DNA of 64,000 nt, from NCBI GenBank assembly GCA_963810095.1, contig CAWEMM010000007.1, positions 288,001-352,000 of the forward strand, in the 5' to 3' direction. The position numbers were made by a program, and so were the translations under genes. This DNA is from an uncultured Chloroflexia bacterium (GTDB lineage Bacteria; Chloroflexota; Anaerolineae; CG2-30-64-16). Below are positions 42,797 through 53,638 of the stretch, piece by piece; the stretch's first letter is position 1; each line of letters opens with the position of its first letter. Below the pieces are notes generated by a model. That model saw nothing but the letters and a program-made list of their open reading frames with translations, was not told where the DNA came from and searched no databases.

Positions 42797-43348
42797 ATGA
42801 CCCAAGAACCCATCATCCGCATCACCCGCAGCCCGAACCGCGCCAAGACCATCTCCGCCCGCCTCGTCGAGGGCGGCGCGGTCATCGAGGTGCTGGCCCC
42901 CTCCAGCGCCAGCGACGCGGAGTTGGCGCCCATTATCGAGCGGCTGAAAGGCCGCATTCTGCGCCGGCAGCAGAAGGCCGAAACCTCCGACGACGCCTCG
43001 CTCGCCCGCCGGGCTACCGAGCTTAACCGGGAATACTTCGAAGGCAAACTGCGCCCGACAGAGATTCGCTACGTGACGAATCAGCAGCGCCGGTACGGCT
43101 CTTGCACGCCCGCCACAGGGGTCATTCGCATCTCGCACCGGGTGGCGGCCATGCCGGCATGGGTGCGCGACTACGTGCTCGTCCACGAGTTGGCTCACCT
43201 GAAGGAACCGAATCACGGTCCCCGGTTCTGGAAGCTGGTGAACCGTTACCCCCGCACCGAGCGTGCGCGCGGCTACCTGATCGCGGTCGGCCTGGAGGGG
43301 GAGGCCGACGAGGGCGGTCCCGGCGCTGACGTGGAAGGCGAGGGGTGA
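42797..43348 (+). CDS. YgjP/DUF45-like zinc metalloprotease (M48/SprT-like)
   Basis: RYGSCT, DYVLVHELAHL, HGPRFW. Confidence 0.88.
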   Translation: MTQEPIIRITRSPNRAKTISARLVEGGAVIEVLAPSSASDAELAPIIERLKGRILRRQQKAETSDDASLARRATELNREYFEGKLRPTEIRYVTNQQRRYGSCTPATGVIRISHRVAAMPAWVRDYVLVHELAHLKEPNHGPRFWKLVNRYPRTERARGYLIAVGLEGEADEGGPGADVEGEG

Positions 43349-43998
43349 TGGACATCCGGGCTTTCATTTTCGACGTCGACGGCGTGTTGACCGATTCGGT
43401 CGAGCTGCACTACCGTTCGTGGGTGCGGCTGGCAGAGGAGGAGCATCTGCCGTTCAGCCGCGAGGCAAACGAGCGCATGCGTGGGCTGACCCGGCCGGCT
43501 TCGCTGAAGGTGTTTCTCGGCGAGTGCGCAGTGACGGACGAGCAGGCGCGCGACTACCTCGAGCGCAAGAACGCGTACTTTCTGGAAGAGTTGGCGGATC
43601 TCACCGCGGCCGACCTGTTGCCCGGCGTGCTGCCGCTGCTGACCGAGCTCAAGGCGGCCGGGCTCAAGGTGGGTATTGGCTCGGCCAGCAAGAACGCCCG
43701 GGAGGTGGTGCGACGGCTGGGCATCGCCTCGTTCATCGACGCGTACGCCGACGGGCACGCGGTGGAGCGCAGCAAGCCCGCGCCCGACGTGTTTCTCGCC
43801 GCGGCCGGGATGCTGGGCGTATCGCCGGCGGCCTGTGTCGTCGTCGAAGACGCGGAGGCCGGGATTCAGGCCGCACACGCAGCGGGCATGCGGGTAATTG
43901 GCGTCGGCCCACAGGACCGCCTGCAGGCCGCCGACCTGGCGGTGGAAACCCTGGCCGGCCTGAGCCTGGGCCAGATCCTGGTCGCGCTCACGGCATGA
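43348..43998 (+). CDS. Beta-phosphoglucomutase family HAD hydrolase
   Basis: FDVDGVLTDS, GSASKNA, SKPAPDVFL, VEDAEAGIQAA. Confidence 0.88.
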   Translation: MDIRAFIFDVDGVLTDSVELHYRSWVRLAEEEHLPFSREANERMRGLTRPASLKVFLGECAVTDEQARDYLERKNAYFLEELADLTAADLLPGVLPLLTELKAAGLKVGIGSASKNAREVVRRLGIASFIDAYADGHAVERSKPAPDVFLAAAGMLGVSPAACVVVEDAEAGIQAAHAAGMRVIGVGPQDRLQAADLAVETLAGLSLGQILVALTA

Positions 43999-44231
43999 GT
44001 TTGCGCCGAGCCGGCCAGGCCGGCGGGCGGGTGACCTGACAGCGCGCACGTGGCGCGCCTTGGTGGAACGCGTACATCTTTAGTGGTGCGCTTTCCCGCA
44101 TAATGGACCTGGAAACGGGAGGGCTTTGACACCCTCGCGGGGTCGGTTAGAATACCGGGTATCGAGGTGCGCGTTCGTGCAGCGGGAAAACCGCCTGCCC
44201 GGCGTCGGCACCTGCAACGAGGGATGGCACA

Positions 44232-45170
44232 TTGGCAAAGTTTTACTATGGCGGACAGGCAGTTATCGAGGGCGTGATGATGCGCGGCCGGAAGCAGTTG
44301 GCCGTGGCCGTGCGCGCGCCGAACGGTGAGATTGTCGTCCACGAAGAGCCGCTCACCGCGGCCATTTATCGCAAGAAGTGGGGCCAGTGGCCCTTCATCC
44401 GGGGCCTGGCGATGCTGTGGGATGCGCTCGGACTGGGCATGCGCGCCCTGATGTGGTCGGCCGACGTTGCGGTGAAGGAAGAGGGGCAGGAGGACATCAA
44501 GTTCGCCGGCCCGGTGGCCTGGACGACGGTTGCCGTCTCGCTGGTCTTCGCCATCGGCCTGTTCTTCCTGCTGCCTACGGCTGCGGGGAAGTGGCTGGCC
44601 CCCGCCGGCGCGAGCGGGCTCACCGTCAGCATCGTCGAAGGCTGCATCCGGCTGGCCCTCTTCCTGCTCTACCTGTGGGCCATCGGGTTCATGCCAGACA
44701 TCCGCCGCGTTTTTGCCTATCACGGCGCGGAGCACAAGACCATCAACGCTTACGAGGCGGGCGCGCCGATGACCCCCGAGGCGGTGGCCAAGTTCAGCAC
44801 CGCGCACACCCGCTGCGGCACGGGCTTCCTGCTCACGGTGATGGTCATTTCGATCTTCGTCTTCGCACCGTTTCACTTTGACAACCTATTCCTGCGCCTG
44901 GCTTCTCGCATCATCCTGATCCCGGTGGTGGCGGGCATTTCGTATGAGTTCATGCGGTTCAACGCGAACCACCAACAGTGGGCGTGGGTGCGCGCGGTGA
45001 CCGCGCCCGGCCTCAGCTTGCAGCGCCTGACGACCCGCGAGCCCGAGCCCGCGATGCTCGAGTGCGCGATTGCTGCGCTGAAGCCGGTGCTGGCGGCGGA
45101 TGGGATTGTGGTCGAGAGTGCCGCCCCCGCCGCGGCTGTGACTGCGCCTGCGCCGGTAGCAAGCGCCTGA
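44232..45170 (+). CDS. DUF1385 (YqhQ-like) membrane protein
   Basis: [41 protein letters not shown]. Confidence 0.9.
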   Translation: MAKFYYGGQAVIEGVMMRGRKQLAVAVRAPNGEIVVHEEPLTAAIYRKKWGQWPFIRGLAMLWDALGLGMRALMWSADVAVKEEGQEDIKFAGPVAWTTVAVSLVFAIGLFFLLPTAAGKWLAPAGASGLTVSIVEGCIRLALFLLYLWAIGFMPDIRRVFAYHGAEHKTINAYEAGAPMTPEAVAKFSTAHTRCGTGFLLTVMVISIFVFAPFHFDNLFLRLASRIILIPVVAGISYEFMRFNANHQQWAWVRAVTAPGLSLQRLTTREPEPAMLECAIAALKPVLAADGIVVESAAPAAAVTAPAPVASA

Positions 45171-45187
45171 GACGTTCTCAAGCAGGG

Positions 45188-45260
45188 TCACCACAAGGAC
45201 ACGAAGACGCAAAGGACATCCAATCCGGAGTGTCCCTTCGTGTCCATGTGTCTTTGTGGC
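45188..45260. repeat. Family B inverted repeat
   Basis: CCACAAGGACACGAAGACGCAAAGGACA...TGTCCCTTCGTGTCCATGTGTCTTTGTGG. Confidence 0.8.
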
Positions 45261-45315
45261 TCGTTCTCGTATCGCCGCACGGATTGCACCTCGTATTGTC
45301 GAAAGGAGAGACTCG

Positions 45316-46251
45316 ATGAGCAAAGTCAGCATTATCGGCGCCGGGTTTGTCGGCAGCACGGTCGCACACTGGGCGATGATCTCGGGCGGCTGTCAGATTG
45401 TCCTGTTGGACGTGGTCGACGGGCTGGCGAAGGGCAAAGTGCTGGATTTGATCCAGTCAGGCCCGATCGCAGGGCATGCCATTGATGCCCTTGGCACGAC
45501 CGACTATGCCGACACGAAGGGCTCTGACATCGTCATCATCACAGCGGGCGTCGCGCGTAAGCCGGGCATGACCCGTGAGGACCTGGTCCACATCAACGCG
45601 GGCATCGTGACTGACGTGGTGCGGAAGGTTGTGGAGCACTCGCCCAACTGCATCATCATCATGATGACGAATCCCCTCGACACCATGACCTACCTCGCAC
45701 ACCAGGTGAGCGGCTTCCCGCGAGAGCGCGTGATCGGCCAGGCGGGTGTGCTGGACGGCGGCCGCATGAAGACCTTCATCGCCCAGGAGACCGGGATCAG
45801 CCCCGAGAACATCCACACGACGGTGTTGGGCGGCCATGGCGACGAGATGGTTCCGCTGGTCCGCTACTCTACCATCGCCGGCATGCCGCTCACCTACTTC
45901 CTGAGCCAGGAGCAGATCGACCATATCGTGGCCCGCACCCGTGACGGTGGGGCCGAGATCGTCCGCTACCTCAAGACCGGCAGCGCGTACTACGCGCCCG
46001 GCGCCTCGGCCTGCAAGATGGCTCAGGCCATCATTCAGAACCAGCACCATATCTATCCGGCGTCCGTGTATCTGCAGGGCGAATACGGCCTGAGCGATAT
46101 CTGTTTCGGCGTGCCCGTCGTCCTGGGACGGAACGGCATCGAGCGGATCATTCAGATTGACCTGAACCCGGACGAGCAGTCCATGATGCACAAGTCCGCC
46201 GACTTGATTCGCAGCACGATGGCGCACCTGCAGCAGTCCGCTGTATCGTAA
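45316..46251 (+). CDS. mdh: Malate dehydrogenase (LDH-like)
   Basis: [54 protein letters not shown]. Confidence 0.93.
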   Translation: MSKVSIIGAGFVGSTVAHWAMISGGCQIVLLDVVDGLAKGKVLDLIQSGPIAGHAIDALGTTDYADTKGSDIVIITAGVARKPGMTREDLVHINAGIVTDVVRKVVEHSPNCIIIMMTNPLDTMTYLAHQVSGFPRERVIGQAGVLDGGRMKTFIAQETGISPENIHTTVLGGHGDEMVPLVRYSTIAGMPLTYFLSQEQIDHIVARTRDGGAEIVRYLKTGSAYYAPGASACKMAQAIIQNQHHIYPASVYLQGEYGLSDICFGVPVVLGRNGIERIIQIDLNPDEQSMMHKSADLIRSTMAHLQQSAVS

Positions 46252-46315
46252 TCGGCGACGCCGCACGTCGGCCTCTGGAATCTCGACGCCGAGCAATGAG
46301 GAGGAGGTAAGTCCG

Positions 46316-48109
46316 GTGGCCTACGAGGTCAAGAACCCGAAACTGAAAGCCTGGGTGGAGGAAGTCTCCGCTCTCTGCCAGCCAGACAGTGTTTACTGGT
46401 GCGACGGCAGCCAGGAAGAGTATGACCGCCTGATGGCAGAGATGGTCGCATCTGGCATGGCCGAGCCGCTCAAGCAGCGCGCCAGCAGTTACCTGTTTCG
46501 GTCCGACCCATCCGACGTCGCACGTGTCGAAGCGCGCACTTATATCAGCACGCCCCTGAGGGACGATGCCGGTCCCACGAACAACTGGGTCGCGCCCGGC
46601 GAGCTCAAGCAGACGATGCTGGGCCTGTATGACGGCTGCATGCGCGGCCGCACCATGTACGTCATCCCCTTCTCCATGGGTCCGATCGGATCGCCCATGG
46701 CGAAAATCGGCGTCGAGGTGACGGACAGCGCGTACGTCGTGTGCAACATGCACATCATGACGCGGGTCGGCGTGAAGGCGTGCGAAGCGTTGGGCGCGGA
46801 CGGGGACTTCATTCCGTGTCTCCACTCCATCGGCGCGCCGCTGGAACCGGGCATGCCCGACAGCAAGTGGCCGTGCGCGCCCATCGAGCAGAAGTTCATC
46901 AGCCATTTCCCCGACGAGAATTTGATCTGGTCGTACGGCTCGGGCTACGGGGGCAACGCGCTGCTGGGCAAGAAATGCCTGGCGCTGCGCATTGCGTCGG
47001 CCATGGCGCGGCGCGAGGGGTGGATGGCCGAGCACATGCTCATCCTCCGCCTGATCAGCCCGGAGGGCAAGCGTTACCACATTGCGGCCGCGTTCCCCTC
47101 GGCCTGCGGCAAGACGAATCTCGCCATGATCCAGCCCACGCTGCCGGGTTGGCGTGCCGAGACGCTGGGTGACGACATCGCCTGGATGAAGATCGGGCCC
47201 GACGGGCGGCTGTACGCCATCAACCCCGAGGCCGGCTTCTTCGGCGTTGCGCCCGGCACCTCCTACGCTTCGAACCCCGTGGCGATGGACACAGTGCGCG
47301 ACAATGTCATCTTCACCAACTGCGCGCTGACAGACGAGGGCGACATCTGGTGGGAAGGGATGGGCGTCCCCGCGCCCCGGCATGCCATCGACTGGAAGGG
47401 CCGGGACTGGACCCCTGACGTCAAGGAACCGGCCGCGCATCCAAACGCCCGTTTCACGGCCCCGGCTAGCCAGTGCCCGTCGATCAGCCCGGATTGGGAG
47501 AGCCCGCAGGGCGTGCCAATCGACATCTTCCTGTTCGGCGGCCGCCGGGCCGGCGTCGTGCCGCTGGTCACCGAAGCCTTCAACTGGGATCACGGGGTGT
47601 TCCTCGGCGCAACTGCGTCGTCCGAGACGACGGCCGCAAATATCGGGGCGGTGGGCAACCTGCGCCGCGATCCCTTTGCCATGCAGCCTTTCTGCGGCTA
47701 CAACATGGCCGACTACTTTGGGCACTGGCTGGAAATGGGCGACCGGCTCGGCGACAAGGCGCCGCGCGTCTTCTACGTGAACTGGTTCCGCAAGTCGCCG
47801 GAGGGCAAGTGGCTGTGGCCGGGCTACGGCGAGAACGGTCGCGTGCTGAAGTGGATGTGCGACCGGATCGAAGGCAAGGTACAGGCGCGGGAGACGCCCA
47901 TCGGGCTGCTGCCGTGCGACGGCGATCTCGACACCGGCAGCCTGGAAATCGCGCCTGAGAATCTGCGCGAGGTGATGCGGGTCGATGTGGCCGCCTGGCG
48001 GGCAGAGGTGCCCGACATCGAGCGGCACTTCGGCCAGTTCGGTGAACGACTGCCCGACCGCATGCGGCAGCAGGTGGCCAACCTGGCCGACCGGCTGGCG
48101 CGTGCGTGA
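46316..48109 (+). CDS. pckG: Phosphoenolpyruvate carboxykinase (GTP)
   Basis: [57 protein letters not shown]. Confidence 0.96.
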   Translation: MAYEVKNPKLKAWVEEVSALCQPDSVYWCDGSQEEYDRLMAEMVASGMAEPLKQRASSYLFRSDPSDVARVEARTYISTPLRDDAGPTNNWVAPGELKQTMLGLYDGCMRGRTMYVIPFSMGPIGSPMAKIGVEVTDSAYVVCNMHIMTRVGVKACEALGADGDFIPCLHSIGAPLEPGMPDSKWPCAPIEQKFISHFPDENLIWSYGSGYGGNALLGKKCLALRIASAMARREGWMAEHMLILRLISPEGKRYHIAAAFPSACGKTNLAMIQPTLPGWRAETLGDDIAWMKIGPDGRLYAINPEAGFFGVAPGTSYASNPVAMDTVRDNVIFTNCALTDEGDIWWEGMGVPAPRHAIDWKGRDWTPDVKEPAAHPNARFTAPASQCPSISPDWESPQGVPIDIFLFGGRRAGVVPLVTEAFNWDHGVFLGATASSETTAANIGAVGNLRRDPFAMQPFCGYNMADYFGHWLEMGDRLGDKAPRVFYVNWFRKSPEGKWLWPGYGENGRVLKWMCDRIEGKVQARETPIGLLPCDGDLDTGSLEIAPENLREVMRVDVAAWRAEVPDIERHFGQFGERLPDRMRQQVANLADRLARA

Positions 48110-48118
48110 TTGAGGCGC

Positions 48119-48207
48119 TGACCACAAAGGCACGAAGACACAAAGCATCTCGAAGACCCTCGCGATCTCCTTGGAGCGCCTTCGTGTCTTTGTGTCTTCG
48201 GGGTTAG
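48119..48207. repeat. Family B inverted repeat
   Basis: ACCACAAAGGCACGAAGACACAAAG...CTTCGTGTCTTTGTGTCTTCGGGGT. Confidence 0.8.
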
Positions 48208-48936
48208 GTGCGAAGGATTCGCTTGGGGCGCAACTATCGGTATTACGATCTGATCATGGCGACGTTCGTCGCGGTGCTGCTCATCAGCAACATCGCGTCG
48301 TCGGCCAAGATCATCGACTGGGGTGTGTCCGTAGCGGGGTTGCCGCTTGCTTTTGATGCAGGCACACTCCTCTTCCCGGTCAGCTACATTTTTGGCGACA
48401 TCCTGACGGAAGTCTACGGCTATGCGGGCAGCCGCCGCGTGATCTGGACGGGCTTCGCCCTGTCCGCTCTGATGGCCGTGACCTTCTGGGTCATCGCGCA
48501 GCTGCCGGGCGAGGCCAACTGGCAGGCGACTGCGGGCCAGCCGGCCTACAACGCGATCCTGGGTGGCGTCAGCTACGGCGGCATCGTCCTCGCCAGCCTT
48601 GCGGCCTATTTCGCCGGGGAGTTCAGCAATTCTTTCATCCTCGCAAAGCTCAAGGTGGCCACCGGTGGGCGCTATTTGTGGGTGCGCACCATCGGTTCCA
48701 CCCTCGTGGGCGAGGCGATTGATAGCATCGTGTTTGTCCTGATTGCAAGCCTGTTTGGCGTCTTCCCATGGGCAGCCGCGGCGAGCATTATCGTTGCGAA
48801 CTACATCTTCAAGGTCACGGTCGAGGTAGCTTTCACGCCCATTACGTACCGGGTGGTCAACTTCCTGAAACGCGCCGAGGGCGTCGACTACTATGACCGG
48901 GACACGAACTTCAACCCCTTCAGGTTAAATGCTTGA
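48208..48936 (+). CDS. Queuosine precursor transporter (YhhQ/QPTR, VUT family)
   Basis: SNIASSAKI, FPVSYIFGDILTEVYGY..SRR, RTIGSTLVGE.IDS, D.YD..TNFNPF. Confidence 0.9.
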   Translation: MRRIRLGRNYRYYDLIMATFVAVLLISNIASSAKIIDWGVSVAGLPLAFDAGTLLFPVSYIFGDILTEVYGYAGSRRVIWTGFALSALMAVTFWVIAQLPGEANWQATAGQPAYNAILGGVSYGGIVLASLAAYFAGEFSNSFILAKLKVATGGRYLWVRTIGSTLVGEAIDSIVFVLIASLFGVFPWAAAASIIVANYIFKVTVEVAFTPITYRVVNFLKRAEGVDYYDRDTNFNPFRLNA

Positions 48937-50008
48937 GCAGGCGGGCATGACCCAACCAGACGCCGACCGCAGTCCAGAGCCGCAGGGCGAGCTTGATTTG
49001 GGCGAGGAGCGCATTTATCCGGCCGACTATCGCGCCGGATTTGTGGCGGTCGTCGGCCGTCCGAACGTGGGCAAGTCCACGCTCATCAACGCGCTACTGG
49101 GCCAGAAGGTGAGCATCGTTTCGCCCAAGCCCCAAACGACGCGCAACCGGCTGCTGGGCATCCTGACGCGGCCCGACGCGCAGCTTGTGTTCCTCGACAC
49201 GCCCGGCATCCACAACCCGCAGCACAAGCTTGGCGAGGTGCTGGTGGAAACCGCGGCCGCGACCCTGCCCGACGCGGATGCGCTGTTGTGGGTCGTCGAC
49301 CTGAGCGCGCCGCCGAACGACGAGGACCGCAAGGTTGCCGCGATCATCGCAGCCAGTCAGACGCGACTGCCGCTGCTGTTGGGACTTAACAAGATTGACC
49401 GGCTCGACGAGGGCGCTCCCGCCCGGAGTGCGCGCGAAAAAACGCCCAAGTACGAGGGCGAGTACGTGGCACTGGCGCCGGGCGCCGAGCCCCTGCGGCT
49501 GTCAGCCGTCCGCGGCGATGGGCTCGAGACCCTGGCGGCTCGCCTGGCGCAGCTCATGCCCCTCAGCCCGCCGCTCTTCCCCGAGGACCAGGTGACCGAC
49601 CAGCAGGTGCGTTTCATGGCCGGCGAGCTGGTGCGCGAGGCGGTGCTGCATCACCTGCGCGACGAGGTGCCGCACTCGGTGGCCGTCCTTGTCAACGAGT
49701 TCGCGGAGCGCGACAATGGGATGACCTACATTTCTGCCGTCGTGTACGTCGAGCGGCCGACGCAGAAGATGATCGTCCTCGGCAAAGATGGCGCGATGAT
49801 CAAGAAGATCGGCCAGACCGCCCGCCAACAGATCGAGGAATTGCTCGAGAGCCGGGTCTTCCTCGAATTGTGGGTCAAGGTGCGGCCCAAGTGGCGCACG
49901 GACGAAGAAGAGCTGCGCCGGCTGGGATATCAGATGCCGCGGCGCTATGCGCCGAAGCAGAAGGGAGGTCAGAGGCGTCCGCATGGGCGTGCCTCGCGCC
50001 CGCAGTAG
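48929..50008 (+). CDS. era: GTPase Era
   Basis: GRPNVGKSTL, KPQTTR, DTPG, NKID, KH domain; the start may instead be the ATG near 48947. Confidence 0.95.
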   Translation: MLEQAGMTQPDADRSPEPQGELDLGEERIYPADYRAGFVAVVGRPNVGKSTLINALLGQKVSIVSPKPQTTRNRLLGILTRPDAQLVFLDTPGIHNPQHKLGEVLVETAAATLPDADALLWVVDLSAPPNDEDRKVAAIIAASQTRLPLLLGLNKIDRLDEGAPARSAREKTPKYEGEYVALAPGAEPLRLSAVRGDGLETLAARLAQLMPLSPPLFPEDQVTDQQVRFMAGELVREAVLHHLRDEVPHSVAVLVNEFAERDNGMTYISAVVYVERPTQKMIVLGKDGAMIKKIGQTARQQIEELLESRVFLELWVKVRPKWRTDEEELRRLGYQMPRRYAPKQKGGQRRPHGRASRPQ

Positions 50009-50055
50009 TCCAGATAGTAGCACCAGTCCCCACCCAACTCGACACGGAGGCTCAA

Positions 50056-50637
50056 ATGGACTTCAATCGAATTATTAACGGCATGATGCGCGCCATTCGT
50101 CTGGACACCTCGTTCTACGAGGAAGTTGAGCACGACCCGAGCTACAATCGGGACGCGCTCGTCGTCGTCATCCTGGTGTCGGTAGTCGGTGCAATCGGGA
50201 ACTTCCTCGGAGCGCTCTTCACGGGCCGCGGCTTCGGGGCCGCAATCGGGGGCATGATTGTCGGTCTCGTCCTGGCGGTGCTCGGCTACTTCCTATGGGT
50301 GTTCGTAGCCCACTTCATCGGCACCAAGATGTTCAAGGGTTCAGGCGATCGAGGGGAAGTGCAGCGCGCTTTCGGCTTCGCGTACTCGCCGCAGATCCTC
50401 AACATTCTGGCTTTCATCCCGTGCATCGGCGGCCTGATCGGCCTGGTTGCCTGGATTTGGTCGATCGTGACGGGCTTTGTCGCGATTCGCCAATCGCTCG
50501 ACCAGGACAACACCAATGCAGCCCTGACCGTCGTCGTCTCTGCAATCGTGGTCTTCGTCATCATCACGATCCTGGGCAGCATCTTCGCGGCGATGGGCTT
50601 CGGCGTTGCCGCGCTTAGCGGTGCATTCAACGGCTAG
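50056..50637 (+). CDS. YIP1 family membrane protein
   Basis: GGAGG RBS; RAIRLD..FYEEVE; about 5 TM; RAFGFAYSPQIL. Confidence 0.8.
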   Translation: MDFNRIINGMMRAIRLDTSFYEEVEHDPSYNRDALVVVILVSVVGAIGNFLGALFTGRGFGAAIGGMIVGLVLAVLGYFLWVFVAHFIGTKMFKGSGDRGEVQRAFGFAYSPQILNILAFIPCIGGLIGLVAWIWSIVTGFVAIRQSLDQDNTNAALTVVVSAIVVFVIITILGSIFAAMGFGVAALSGAFNG

Positions 50638-50670
50638 TCTGTAATTTGAATTAGCTATACGGAGGTATAC

Positions 50671-51315
50671 ATGCTCGTCGGCGAACGGATGTCCAGCAAT
50701 CCCGTCACCATTCTCGATACGGCAAGCATCGACGATGGTCTGCACCTGATGCGCGAGCGCAAAGTGCGCCGCCTGCCCGTCCTGGATGCGTCTGGCAAGA
50801 TGGTTGGCATCGTGTCGGACAAGGACTTGCTCCATGCGGCGCCGTCTCCTGCAACGTCGCTGAGCGTGTATGAGCTGCACTACCTGTTGGCCAAGCTCTC
50901 GGTCAGGCAGGTCATGTCGAGCCCGGTGATCTCGGTCAGCGCGGACACGCCGGTCGAGGAGGCCGCCCGGGTGATGGCCGACAACAAGATCGGCGGCCTG
51001 CCCGTGGTGGAGGGCGACCGGCTCGTCGGCATCATCACCGAAACCGACGTCTTCAAGATTCTGGTCGAGCTGCTCGGTGCGCGCACCCCCGGCCTGCGCA
51101 TCACGGTCGCCGTGACGGAAGCCAAGGGCGTGCTGGCGAAGCTGAGCCAGACCCTTGCCGAGCTTGGCGCCAACATTATCAGCGTCGTGACGTACGCGGG
51201 GCAGGATGCCTCGAAGCGCCTGATCATGCTCAAACTGAGCGGCGCCGACGCGGCGGCAGTGCGCGCCGCGCTGGCCGGCCTCCACGTGGAAGTGGTCGAC
51301 TTCCGCGGGGAATAA
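50671..51315 (+). CDS. CBS-pair + ACT domain protein (AcuB-like)
   Basis: Two CBS repeats ([23 protein letters not shown]) and ACT-like [20 protein letters not shown]. Confidence 0.9.
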   Translation: MLVGERMSSNPVTILDTASIDDGLHLMRERKVRRLPVLDASGKMVGIVSDKDLLHAAPSPATSLSVYELHYLLAKLSVRQVMSSPVISVSADTPVEEAARVMADNKIGGLPVVEGDRLVGIITETDVFKILVELLGARTPGLRITVAVTEAKGVLAKLSQTLAELGANIISVVTYAGQDASKRLIMLKLSGADAAAVRAALAGLHVEVVDFRGE

Positions 51316-51324
51316 TCAGCAGGG

Positions 51325-51392
51325 GAGAAACCAGGTCTCTACCGCCATCCCGTCACTTCGTAACGTTGGCTGGCGCAGAAACCTGGTTTCTT
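51325..51392. repeat. REP-like family C (AGAAACCnGGTTTCT pair)
   Basis: AGAAACCAGGTCTCT and AGAAACCTGGTTTCT upstream of thyA. Confidence 0.8.
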
Positions 51393-51404
51393 GAAGAGTT
51401 GACC

Positions 51405-52199
51405 ATGCGCCAGTATTTGGACTTAATGCAGCACATTCTGGATCACGGGGCAGACAAGACCGACCGCACCGGCACCGGCACGCGCTCTGTCTTCGGCTAC
51501 CAGATGCGATTTGACCTTGCGGCGGGCTTTCCGGTGCTCACGACGAAGAAGCTGCACCTCAAGTCCATCATCTACGAGTTGCTGTGGTTCATCAACGGCG
51601 ACACCAACGTGCGGTGGCTGCAGGAACGCGGGGTGACCATCTGGGACGAGTGGGCGGACGCGGACGGCGAGCTGGGGCCGGTGTACGGCAAGCAGTGGCG
51701 CTCGTGGTCGACCGCGGACGGCCGTGTGGTAGACCAGTTGGCCGGGGTGATCGAACAGATCAAGCGCACACCCGACTCGCGGCGGCTAATCGTCAGTGCC
51801 TGGAACGTCGGGGAGATCGAGCGGATGGCGCTGCCACCCTGCCACGTGCTCTTCCAGTTCTACGTGGCGAACGGCCGCCTGTCGTGCCAGTTGTACCAGC
51901 GCTCGGTCGACGTGTTCCTCGGCCTGCCGTTCAACATCGCGTCGTATGCGCTGCTGACGATGATGGTGGCGCAGGTGTGCGACTTGCTTCCGGGCGAGTT
52001 CATGCACACGAGTGGCGACGCACACCTCTACCGTAACCACTTCGACCAGGCCCGCCTCCAGCTCAGCCGTGAGCCTCGGCCGCTGCCGCAGATGCGGATA
52101 AACCCGGCTGTCAAGGACATCGGTGGGTTCGGTTACGAGGACTTCGAGCTCGTGGGGTACGACCCGTATCCGCGGATCAAGGCGGACATCGCGGTATAA
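51405..52199 (+). CDS. thyA: Thymidylate synthase
   Basis: [51 protein letters not shown]. Confidence 0.97.
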   Translation: MRQYLDLMQHILDHGADKTDRTGTGTRSVFGYQMRFDLAAGFPVLTTKKLHLKSIIYELLWFINGDTNVRWLQERGVTIWDEWADADGELGPVYGKQWRSWSTADGRVVDQLAGVIEQIKRTPDSRRLIVSAWNVGEIERMALPPCHVLFQFYVANGRLSCQLYQRSVDVFLGLPFNIASYALLTMMVAQVCDLLPGEFMHTSGDAHLYRNHFDQARLQLSREPRPLPQMRINPAVKDIGGFGYEDFELVGYDPYPRIKADIAV

Positions 52200-52203
52200 G
52201 CAA

Positions 52204-52237
52204 AGAGACCAGGTTTCTGCCAGAAACCTGGTCTCTT
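52204..52237. repeat. Family C perfect hairpin between convergent thyA and ribF-archease; possible bidirectional terminator
   Basis: AGAGACCAGGTTTCT-GCC-AGAAACCTGGTCTCT. Confidence 0.85.
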
Positions 52238-52245
52238 TCTCTAGG

Positions 52246-53599
52246 TTACACGTCGAACGTGACTCGGGCCCGCCACCCTCCGGGCGTTTCCCGCACGTCT
52301 ACGTCGTAGAACGTGACCGCCTTGACTGCGGTGTGCGTGGGCGTGCCGTGGTAGCCGTAAGCCACGCCTCGCACGCCGCGGCTCGAGATTTCGTAGATCT
52401 CAAACCGGGTGTACATCTCCCCGCCCACTTCCTGCCCCAGGAGCAGCCGGTTAAGCCACCCGACGATGAGCTCCTCGAACCCATCCGCCTGCGCGCTGAT
52501 GGCGCGCGCCAGGCTAACCGGCCGGCTCTTGTCCACATCCTGCAACGAGTACATCGCGTCCGCGGCGTTGGCGAACAACTCGGCGGGGCCTGCACCGGCC
52601 ACGTCGACCGCCCAATCTGCCGTGTGCACCAGCTCGCGCCAGCCCGTACCATCTCCGCTTAGGGCGTCCGTTGGAGGCTGCGCCAGCATTGCCTGCGCCT
52701 GCTGCGCGTCCGCGCCGATTTGCGCCACGAGCTCGCCGATGTCCGCGAACTTCTTCTCCCCGCGCAGCCGCGCCATGAAGCTCAGGCCCAGCGTCTCGCC
52801 GTACAGGTCGCCGGCGAAGTCAAGCAGGAAGGCTTCGATGGAGGGATGGCCGTTGTCGAAGCTCGGACGCACGCCGATGTTGACCACGGCGGGATAGCCC
52901 CGGTCGCCGCGCCACGCCCAGCACGCGTAAACACCGTAAGCGGGCAGCAGGCGGTCTTCCGCGATGCGCAAGTTGGCGGTGGGGAACCCTAACTGCCGGC
53001 CGCGCTTCGCGCCCTCCACCACTTCGCCCCAGAGCCGGTAGGGCCGGCCCAGCAGTTCGGCCGCGGCCTCGACCGCGCCGTCCTCGCTCAGCAGGGTGCG
53101 CACGCGGCTGGAGCGGACCGGCTCACCCCGCCAGTCGTAGGGCGGGACCACGCGCAGCGCGAACCCCAGCTCGCGGCCTAGCTCCGCCAGGCGCTCCGTG
53201 TTCCCCTCGCGGCCCGCGGCCGAGCGCAAAATCCGGGCCGACCCATAGCTCGGCCAGCGGCAGGTGGGCCAACAGGTCGACCACGAAGTCTGGTGCGGAG
53301 GTCGCGGCGGTTCGCCGCGTGAACGGCAGGACGACGACGAAATCGAGCCCGAGCGCCGCGAGGAGGTCGGCGCGCTCTTCGTTGGTCGTCAGGCGCGGCA
53401 CCTTGACTTCGGGGCGCAGCACGGCCACCGGGTGCGGCTCGAAGGTCAGGAGGCCGGCCAGCCCGCCGTGCGCATGGGCAGCGGCCGAAAGACCGCAGAT
53501 GAGCATCTGGTGACCGCGGTGCACGCCGTCAAAGTTGCCGATGGTCAGGTAGACCGGGCCGGCGATGGGTGATGACGGAAACGAGTCGAAAACATCCAT
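52246..53599 (-). CDS. ribF: Riboflavin kinase/FAD synthetase fused to a C-terminal archease domain; frameshift near 53210
   Basis: TIGNFDGVHRGH, VGPDFALG, SSRVR, GRQLGFPTAN, NIGVRPSF, LRGEKKF, followed in frame by HTADW..ELF..AA.AM...KAVT...VTFDV (archease). Confidence 0.9.
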
Positions 53600-53638
53600 A
53601 GCTGTGGCTCACGCTGCGCAAAGACAAACCGTCGGGCG

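Noticed and set aside
46148-48148. Long antisense or alternate-frame ORFs (e.g. 46148..48148, 11253..12989, 15133..16503, 59491..60912)
   Set aside because: Shadow ORFs of real genes in high-GC DNA with no recognisable motifs.
48110-48207. preQ1 riboswitch upstream of the YhhQ-type gene
   Set aside because: The spacer is fully occupied by a family B repeat; no preQ1 consensus or A-rich tail.
49405-49455. Possible repeat-derived insertion in Era (GAPARSAREKTPK)
   Set aside because: Too short and degenerate to assign to a repeat family by eye.
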